Assembly: GCA_030646755.1 (NCBI GenBank)
Contig: JAUSKU010000036.1
Span: 3,465-67,464 of the forward strand
DNA from: Deltaproteobacteria bacterium
Lineage (GTDB): Bacteria; Desulfobacterota; JAENJC01
Direction: 5' to 3'
Length of the DNA: 64,000 bases
The translations under genes were made by a program, and so were the position numbers. This document shows, piece after piece, positions 57,902-64,000 of this stretch (the first letter of the stretch is position 1; every line of letters begins with the position of its first letter). The notes below the pieces were generated by a model, which ran no database searches, was not told the DNA's origin, and saw only the letters and a program-made list of their open reading frames with translations.

Positions 57902-58189
57902 ATGGTAGTCGGTACTTGTCAATTAAACCTTTCTATCCCCGGTGCTCATTCCCTGAAAGACAAGAGGCAGGTTCTGAAAAGCCTCATGGCCAGGGTCAGG
58001 GGAAGCTTCAACGCTTCCGTGGCAGAGGTTGGACAGAATGACCTTTGGCAGAGCGCAGTGATTGGGATTGCGGTTGTCGGCAACGACAGGGGATTTGTAA
58101 ACTCCACCCTTGATAACATAATAGATTTTATCGAAGGGTTGAGGACAGTGGATATTGTGAGCCACGAGATCGAGATAATGAATTATTAA
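57902..58189 (+). CDS. DUF503-family protein (YlxP-like)
   Basis: G.C.L.L.IPGAHSLKDKRQVLKSL..R..FNASVAEVG. It occupies the conserved position between infB and rbfA. Confidence 0.85.
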   Translation: MVVGTCQLNLSIPGAHSLKDKRQVLKSLMARVRGSFNASVAEVGQNDLWQSAVIGIAVVGNDRGFVNSTLDNIIDFIEGLRTVDIVSHEIEIMNY

Positions 58190-58192
58190 CTT

Positions 58193-58558
58193 ATGGAATA
58201 CAAAAGAAAAGACAGGGTAGGAGACCTCCTCCACCAAGAGATATCCCAGCTCCTCATAAAGGGTGTAAAAGACCCTCGTATAGGGTTTGTTACCATCACA
58301 GGAGTTGAGGTAAGTGATGACCTTAAAGAGGCAAAGGTCTATTACAGCGTGATTGGAACAGATGAGGAGAAAAAGGCCGCTGAAATAGGGCTAAAGAGCT
58401 CTGCCGGGTTCATAAGAAAGGAACTGAGAAAGGTCCTCGCCCTCCGGCATATCCCTAACCTGCACTTCAGGTTTGACAGCTCCCTTGAGTATGGAGCCAG
58501 GATAGAGAGAATCCTTAGAGAGGTAAAGGTAGAGGAAGAGGTAAAGGAAGATGATTAG
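58193..58558 (+). CDS. rbfA: Ribosome-binding factor A
   Basis: RVGDLLHQEISQLLIKGVKDPRIGFVTITGVEVSDDLKEAKVYYSV. Confidence 0.92.
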   Translation: MEYKRKDRVGDLLHQEISQLLIKGVKDPRIGFVTITGVEVSDDLKEAKVYYSVIGTDEEKKAAEIGLKSSAGFIRKELRKVLALRHIPNLHFRFDSSLEYGARIERILREVKVEEEVKEDD

Positions 58559-58638
58559 GGGACTGTCCCTATTTACGGACGAAGTGAAACGGAGTCGTAG
58601 AATGGGGACTGTCCCCGGATAGGTAACGGAGAAATGCT

Positions 58639-59622
58639 GTGATTGATAAGATAATAGCAGAACTAAAAAATAATAACAGTTTTCTGATTGTATCCCATAT
58701 AAACCCAGATGGAGATGCCATAGGCTCGGCACTCGCCCTGGCAGCGGGTCTAAAGGCAATGGGGAAAAAGGTCACGGTATTTAATCAGGACCGGGTCCCG
58801 GATATAGTCAGTTTTTTACCAGATGCTTCAGAGATTGTTCACGAGCTTTCAGACGGAGAGTGGTTCGACGCCGCCATAGTGGTTGACTGCGGCACCCCTA
58901 AGCAGCTTGGTGATAAGTTTAACGCATTTAAGGGTTACAAGAAACTTTTAAATATAGACCATCATCTGACAAACCTCAACTTTGCCGATATAGTGCTCAT
59001 GGATCCTGATGCCTGTGCAACTGGGGTCATTATCTACCGGGTCCTGAAAAAGATGGGGATTGAAATAACGAAGGAGATAGCCCTCAGTATCTATACAACC
59101 ATAGTTGTGGATACCGGCTCCTTCCATTACGGGAATTCCAATCCAGAGGCATTTAAGGTAGCTGGAGAGATGGTGGATATAGGTGTTGAGCCCTGGTATG
59201 TGGCTGAAAACCTGTATGAGAGCCAGCCTGAAGGAAGGATAAGGCTTCACTCCTTGGCCTTGAACACCCTTTCCACCCACTACAATGGGAAGATCGGGTT
59301 TATCATGGTCTCAAACGAGATGTATAAGGCTACTGGAACGACGGCAGAGGATACAGATGGCATTGTCAACTATGCCAGGTCCCTGAAAGGGGTTGAGGCG
59401 GCCATCTTTGTAAGGGAGATCTCTCAGGGCAGGTATAAGGCCTCCCTCCGCTCCAAGGGAAGGGTGGACGTGACAAAGGTTGCAGGAAAGTATGACGGAG
59501 GCGGCCATGCCAATGCTGCTGGCTGCGTATTAAGCGGGAGCCTTACGGAGGTTAGGAGCAAGTTGATAGAGGCAACGGAGGAGTTACTATTACAGCAGGA
59601 AGGTATGAAGATTGGAAGTTGA
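58639..59622 (+). CDS. nrnA: DHH-family phosphoesterase (NrnA-like oligoribonuclease / pAp phosphatase)
   Basis: SHINPDGDAIGSALAL, IDHHLTN and a DHHA1 GGGHANAAG. GTG start. Confidence 0.85.
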   Translation: MIDKIIAELKNNNSFLIVSHINPDGDAIGSALALAAGLKAMGKKVTVFNQDRVPDIVSFLPDASEIVHELSDGEWFDAAIVVDCGTPKQLGDKFNAFKGYKKLLNIDHHLTNLNFADIVLMDPDACATGVIIYRVLKKMGIEITKEIALSIYTTIVVDTGSFHYGNSNPEAFKVAGEMVDIGVEPWYVAENLYESQPEGRIRLHSLALNTLSTHYNGKIGFIMVSNEMYKATGTTAEDTDGIVNYARSLKGVEAAIFVREISQGRYKASLRSKGRVDVTKVAGKYDGGGHANAAGCVLSGSLTEVRSKLIEATEELLLQQEGMKIGS

Positions 59623-59693
59623 GAGGCTGAGAAGTTGAGAAAATGAATCCCAACCTCGTATCTTCATAACTTCTCAACTTCGGTGTTTTGAAT

Positions 59694-60560
59694 ATGGACG
59701 GTATTCTGGTCATTGACAAGCCAAAAGGTATTACCTCTCACGATGTTGTAAGCTCTGTCAGAAGGATCGCCCTGACCAGGAAGGTAGGGCATGCGGGGAC
59801 CCTGGATCCCTTTGCTACAGGGGTCTTGGTGGTTGGGCTCAACCAGGGGACAAAGGCCCTTACGTTCTTAACGGGAGATGAAAAGGAGTACGAGGCAACC
59901 TTAAGGCTTGGTATAGAGACCGATACCCTCGACAGGGACGGCAGGGTTCTCACAAAAACCCCATGCCCTGATATTAGTTATGAATACGTGGAGAAGGTAC
60001 TGAACTCCTTTGTGGGCAGGCAGGAGCAGATTCCACCGAGATTCTCCGCAATAAAGAAGGATGGCGTTCCTTTTTACAAGTTGGCCCGAAAAGGGTTTGA
60101 TTTCGAGGTGCCGGCCAGGGAGATAGAGATATACGGGATGACCCTCCTTAACATTACCCTCCCTGATGTCTCCTTTAGGGTGAGGTGCTCGAGCGGCACA
60201 TACGTGAGGAGTCTTGCGAGGGACATAGGGATAAAGATCGGATGCGGTGGGCACCTGGAGGCCTTAAGAAGGGTTAGGAGCGGGAGATTTACGATAGGCA
60301 CGGCTGTACCGTTGGACAGGCTCAAGGAGATGGGTAGTAGCTGGAGTGAAGTAGCCGTTGGTCTCAGGGAGGCCCTGTCGCTCCCAGAGGTTGAGATTGA
60401 TTCAGAAAAGGCTGGGATGATAAGGATGGGAAAGAGTCTGACACTGGATGAGACCACGTCGGGCGGCATGTTCATGTTGACATATAACAAGGAACTGGTG
60501 GCTGTGGCTGAGGCGGGGGAGAATAGGAAATTGCATCTATTGAGGGTTTTTAACCCCTGA
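59694..60560 (+). CDS. truB: tRNA pseudouridine(55) synthase
   Basis: Starts MDGILVIDKPKGITSHDVV; contains KVGHAGTLDPFATGVLVV and QIPPRFSAIKKDG. Confidence 0.92.
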   Translation: MDGILVIDKPKGITSHDVVSSVRRIALTRKVGHAGTLDPFATGVLVVGLNQGTKALTFLTGDEKEYEATLRLGIETDTLDRDGRVLTKTPCPDISYEYVEKVLNSFVGRQEQIPPRFSAIKKDGVPFYKLARKGFDFEVPAREIEIYGMTLLNITLPDVSFRVRCSSGTYVRSLARDIGIKIGCGGHLEALRRVRSGRFTIGTAVPLDRLKEMGSSWSEVAVGLREALSLPEVEIDSEKAGMIRMGKSLTLDETTSGGMFMLTYNKELVAVAEAGENRKLHLLRVFNP

Positions 60561-60731
60561 TTCTGATGGATTTACCGCAAAGGACACAAAGAGCACAGAG
60601 TTAATGCCTTGGAATTTAATTTTTTCTTCGTGACCTTTGTGCGCTTTGTGGTTAAAATAAGGTTTTTGTTTCTTTACATAGCTATGAGAATATGATAGAA
60701 ATAATACGCTATAGAAAAAGGGGGTGAGGAA

Positions 60732-61001
60732 ATGGCAACAACTGTTGAGAAAAAAAGAGAGTTGATAGAGTCATATAAGCTGCATGATGGAGACACTGGT
60801 TCTGCTGATGTGCAGATAGCACTGTTAAGCGACCGTATCACTTATCTTACTGAACACTTCAAGACCCATGCAAAGGATCATCATTCCAGGAGGGGACTCC
60901 TCAAAATGGTAAGCCAGCGGAGGAGACTTCTTGATTATCTTAAGAGGACTAATCCTGGCAGGTATCAGGGGATTATTGCAAAGCTTGGGTTGAGAAAGTA
61001 A
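60732..61001 (+). CDS. rpsO: 30S ribosomal protein S15
   Basis: [50 protein letters not shown]. Confidence 0.95.
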   Translation: MATTVEKKRELIESYKLHDGDTGSADVQIALLSDRITYLTEHFKTHAKDHHSRRGLLKMVSQRRRLLDYLKRTNPGRYQGIIAKLGLRK

Positions 61002-61046
61002 AGAATGCGCATATTCGCGCAAAGACGCAAAGAGCGCAAACTGTTT

Positions 61047-61137
61047 TGTCACCCTGAGTGAAACGAAGGGTCTCAGCTTCTTCGCGGAGTTTATCCTGAG
61101 CGTAAAACCGAGATTCTTCGCTTCGCTCAGAATGACA
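61047..61137 (+). promoter_or_regulatory. Long hairpin in the rpsO-pnp spacer (candidate processing or autoregulatory site)
   Basis: 28-nt arms, tgtcaccctgagtgaaacgaagggtctc / gagattcttcgcttcgctcagaatgaca, pair at 24 of 28 positions (3 G:U) around a 35-nt loop. Confidence 0.5.
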
Positions 61138-61150
61138 TATTAGGCTTTCT

Positions 61151-61180
61151 TTGCGTACGTAGTGCCTTTGCGAGTATAAT
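61151..61180 (+). promoter_or_regulatory. Putative pnp-proximal promoter
   Basis: TTGCGT (61151-61156), an 18-nt spacer, then TATAAT (61175-61180). Confidence 0.45.
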
Positions 61181-61236
61181 AAAGTTTTTGGGGTAGAGTT
61201 AATTTCATACTGGAAAAATCCAGGAAAGTGGGAGCT

Positions 61237-63324
61237 ATGGTAAAAAGAGTGGAAGTGGAGTTTAGCGGTAAAACCCTGTCTATAGAGACCGGGAAGATGG
61301 CGAAGCAGGCCGATGGGTCTGTTGTTGTAAGGTACGGGGACACCATGGTCATGGTCACGGCTGTGGCAGCAAAGGAGCCGAGGGTGGGGATAGACTTCTT
61401 TCCCTTGACGGTTGACTACCAGGAGAGGACCTATTCTGCGGGTAAGATACCAGGCGGTTTCTTTAAGAGAGAGGGGAGGCCTTCCGAGAAGGAAGTCCTT
61501 ACATCGAGATTCATAGACAGGCCCCTGAGGCCTTTGTTCCCTGAAGGTTTTTCCTGCGAGACCCAGATAATAGCCACCGTCCTTTCATCGGACCTGGAGA
61601 ATAACTCTGACGTCCTGGCCATGGTAGGCGCTTCTGCAGCCATCCAGATATCCGATATCCCTTTTCACGGACCGATAGCAGGAGTGAGGGTTGCCAGGGT
61701 AAACGGGAAGCTTGTATGTAACCCGACCTTTGCCCAGATTGAAGAGAGCGACATAGAGATGATTGTGGCAGGTTCGAGGGACGCCATAGTCATGGTGGAA
61801 GGTGGAGCAAATTTTGCGTCTGAAGAAGACCTCCTCTCCGCCATACTCTTTGCCCACAAGGAGATGCAGGTTATCCTTGACATGCAGGACAAGCTGCGAG
61901 CCGAGATAGGAAAGGCAAAAAGGGCGGTTGTAGTCCCACATGTGGATGAGTGCATGGTGCAGAAAATAAAGGACATGGCAACCACCCAGATTAAAGAAGC
62001 CGTAAGCATATCAAAGAAGCAGGACAGGAAGGGCAGGCTTTCGGATATTGGAAAAGAGATTTTGGAAGCCTTGGCCGTTGAATACCCTGAAAGGGAGAAA
62101 CAGATTAAGGCAGTTCTTGGAGATATTGAATACCATGCAGTAAGGCAGATGGCTGTAAAGGACAGGGTCAGGATAGATGGAAGGGGACTTAAGGACATAA
62201 GGGCGATAACCTGCGAGGTAGGAGTGCTGCCGAGAACTCACGGTTCAGCCCTCTTTACAAGGGGGGAGACCCAGGCCCTGGTGGTTCCAACCCTTGGGAC
62301 ATCCGACGATGAGCAGACGATTGACGCCATCGAAGGAGAGAGGTCCAAGGCGTTTATGCTCCATTACAACTTCCCACCGTATTCAACAGGCGAGACAAAG
62401 CCTTTAAGGGGACCGGGCAGAAGAGAGATAGGGCACGGAGCACTGGCAGAGAGGGCCCTTGCCAAGGTACTCCCAACAGCTGCTGAGTTTCCTTATACCA
62501 TCAGGATAGTATCCGACGTGCTTGAGTCAAACGGCTCCTCGTCAATGGCCTCCGTATGCGGAGGGAGTCTTTCCCTCATGGATGCCGGTGTCCCTGTGAA
62601 GGATGCGGTTGCAGGCATTGCCATGGGTCTCATAAAGGAGGGAGATGAGTTTGCTGTCCTCTCAGATATCCTTGGCGACGAGGACCATCTGGGCGATATG
62701 GACTTTAAGGTGGCGGGAACCAAGAACGGCGTTACTGCCCTTCAGATGGACATAAAGATAGGCGGGGTCAGCAGGGATGTCCTGTTTACAGCGCTGGATC
62801 AGGCCAGGGAAGGAAGGCTCCACATCCTTTCAAAGATGGCTGAGGCCATTTCTGAGCCGAGGTCCAACCTCTCCATATATGCCCCGAGGATAGTGACAAT
62901 ACATGTGAAGCCTGAGAAGGTCAGGGAGGTCATAGGGCCAGGCGGGAAGGTCATAAAAGGTATCGTAGAGCAGACAGGGGTAAAGATAGATATTGAGGAC
63001 AGCGGCAAGATAAATATCGCATCTGCCGACTACCAGGCCATAGAAAAGGCTTTACAGATAATCAAGGAGATAACCCAGGAGGTAGAGGTAGGGAGGATAT
63101 ATCTGGGTACCGTCAGAAAGATCATGGACTTCGGCGCCTTCGTGGAGGTACTCCCCGGAACAGACGGACTTGTCCATGTCTCGCAGCTGTCTCATGAAAG
63201 GGTGCAGAATGTCACCGATATCCTCAAAGAAGGGGATAAGGTCCTGGTTAAGGTGCTGGAGGTAGACAAGCAGGGGAAGATCAGGCTCAGCAGGAAAGAT
63301 GCTCTGGGCCACGAAGTGGGATAG
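61237..63324 (+). CDS. pnp: Polyribonucleotide nucleotidyltransferase (PNPase)
   Basis: Starts [29 protein letters not shown]. Two RNase PH domains, KH ([11 protein letters not shown]) and S1 ([19 protein letters not shown]). Confidence 0.95.
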   Translation: MVKRVEVEFSGKTLSIETGKMAKQADGSVVVRYGDTMVMVTAVAAKEPRVGIDFFPLTVDYQERTYSAGKIPGGFFKREGRPSEKEVLTSRFIDRPLRPLFPEGFSCETQIIATVLSSDLENNSDVLAMVGASAAIQISDIPFHGPIAGVRVARVNGKLVCNPTFAQIEESDIEMIVAGSRDAIVMVEGGANFASEEDLLSAILFAHKEMQVILDMQDKLRAEIGKAKRAVVVPHVDECMVQKIKDMATTQIKEAVSISKKQDRKGRLSDIGKEILEALAVEYPEREKQIKAVLGDIEYHAVRQMAVKDRVRIDGRGLKDIRAITCEVGVLPRTHGSALFTRGETQALVVPTLGTSDDEQTIDAIEGERSKAFMLHYNFPPYSTGETKPLRGPGRREIGHGALAERALAKVLPTAAEFPYTIRIVSDVLESNGSSSMASVCGGSLSLMDAGVPVKDAVAGIAMGLIKEGDEFAVLSDILGDEDHLGDMDFKVAGTKNGVTALQMDIKIGGVSRDVLFTALDQAREGRLHILSKMAEAISEPRSNLSIYAPRIVTIHVKPEKVREVIGPGGKVIKGIVEQTGVKIDIEDSGKINIASADYQAIEKALQIIKEITQEVEVGRIYLGTVRKIMDFGAFVEVLPGTDGLVHVSQLSHERVQNVTDILKEGDKVLVKVLEVDKQGKIRLSRKDALGHEVG

Positions 63325-63337
63325 AATGACCTATATC

Positions 63338-63425
63338 ACCCATCCCCACCCTGACCCTCCCCTTGAAGGGGAGGGATAACAGAGGTTCCTCTCCCTCAGG
63401 GAGAGGATTAAGGTGAGGGTGGGGT
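63338..63425 (+). repeat. Nested-palindrome REP/MITE-like element, copy 3
   Basis: It aligns with copies 1 and 2 and lies between the convergent pnp and methyltransferase genes. Confidence 0.8.
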
Positions 63426-63431
63426 TGATTA

Positions 63432-64000
63432 TCATGACTTACACCCCCCAAATACCGCCCAGTTCAGATACTTGAAATAACATTCCACATCTCTAAATCC
63501 GGTCTTCCTCATTAATCCAAGCTGGTTATCAACGGTCATAGGCTTCACATCCCTGAGAAACTTCAAGATATGGGAACCTATCTCCTCATCAGAAAAACCG
63601 TTGGAGCGCATGAAGTCCTTCCATTTATCCATATACATGTTGTAGACCTTTTCTGAAGGCGACAATACGGCCTCGGAATCTATGAACATCCCTCCATCCT
63701 TGAGCAGGGCCAAGCACTTTCTAAGTATCTCTTCTTTTTCATCCTCATTTAGAAAGTGGAGGGAAAAGGCGGATACTATGACGTCAAACCCACCCTCACA
63801 AAAAAGAGGACTCCCAACTCCTGACTCCCAACTCCTGACTTCCCTTATATCCTGGCATAAGAAATCAACTCTCCATGTGGTATGTTTCACCTTTTTCCTG
63901 GCCGCTTCCAGCATATCATGGGAACTGTCTATGCCGGTGATCCTGGCAAGGGGATACTCTTTAAGGAGTGAGATAGAGGTTTCGCCTGTGCCGCACCCAA
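63432..64000 (-). CDS. Class I SAM-dependent methyltransferase; the 5' end lies outside the window
   Basis: The frame stays open to the window edge. The last codons read ..LGCGTGET.. (SAM motif I) upstream of the listed Met 63914. Also LKDGGMFI and FDVIVSAFSLHF. Confidence 0.8.
   Translation of the reverse strand, partial: GCGTGETSISLLKEYPLARITGIDSSHDMLEAARKKVKHTTWRVDFLCQDIREVRSWESGVGSPLFCEGGFDVIVSAFSLHFLNEDEKEEILRKCLALLKDGGMFIDSEAVLSPSEKVYNMYMDKWKDFMRSNGFSDEEIGSHILKFLRDVKPMTVDNQLGLMRKTGFRDVECYFKYLNWAVFGGCKS

Overview
A bacterial chromosomal window built on a housekeeping backbone, interrupted by three accessory insertions and scattered with small structured repeats. The taxon cannot be determined from the sequence. 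The gene order yicC-remA-gmk-rpoZ and thrS-infC-rpmI-rplT-pheST-ihfA-merR resembles Desulfobacterota/Nitrospirota-type genomes, but this is a low-confidence inference.

Backbone, in order:
- partial dinD, an FAD oxidoreductase, and a CHASE3 hybrid kinase-HPt-receiver phosphorelay on the minus strand
- polX, glgC, tRNA-Val
- thrS-infC-rpmI-rplT-pheS, then island 1, then pheT-ihfA-merR-tRNA-Pro
- heptose kinase, yicC-remA-gmk-rpoZ, then island 2, then rel-ridA
- rpmB, a DUF218 protein, mtgA, then island 3, then eno-ftsB and a MacAB-like ABC exporter
- tRNA-Gly-rimP-nusA-ylxR/L7Ae-infB-DUF503-rbfA-nrnA-truB-rpsO-pnp, then a partial SAM methyltransferase

Accessory islands:
1. 12.3-18.5 kb. An RHS/YD-repeat polymorphic toxin with a Cys-rich, phospholipase-A2-like tip, a candidate membrane immunity gene, and a frameshifted Y1 (RAYT-like) transposase. 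This cassette splits pheS from pheT.
2. 25.0-35.2 kb. A defence island between rpoZ and rel: an SNF2 ATPase, a DUF1016/YhcG nuclease, and a Type III mod-res operon with a Fic gene embedded between mod and res.
3. 39.5-48.0 kb. A mosaic of toxin-antitoxin modules, three decayed XRE-gene remnants, an MmeI-like Type IIL restriction-modification enzyme, an HNH protein and segmental duplications.

The window also holds several families of small structured repeats: a nested-palindrome element (3 copies), a 108-nt element (2 copies), and hairpins with compensatory changes. Many intergenic hairpins pair only as RNA on the coding strand, through G:U pairs. No rRNA genes or CRISPR arrays were seen. All family assignments rest on motif recognition by eye; no searches were run.
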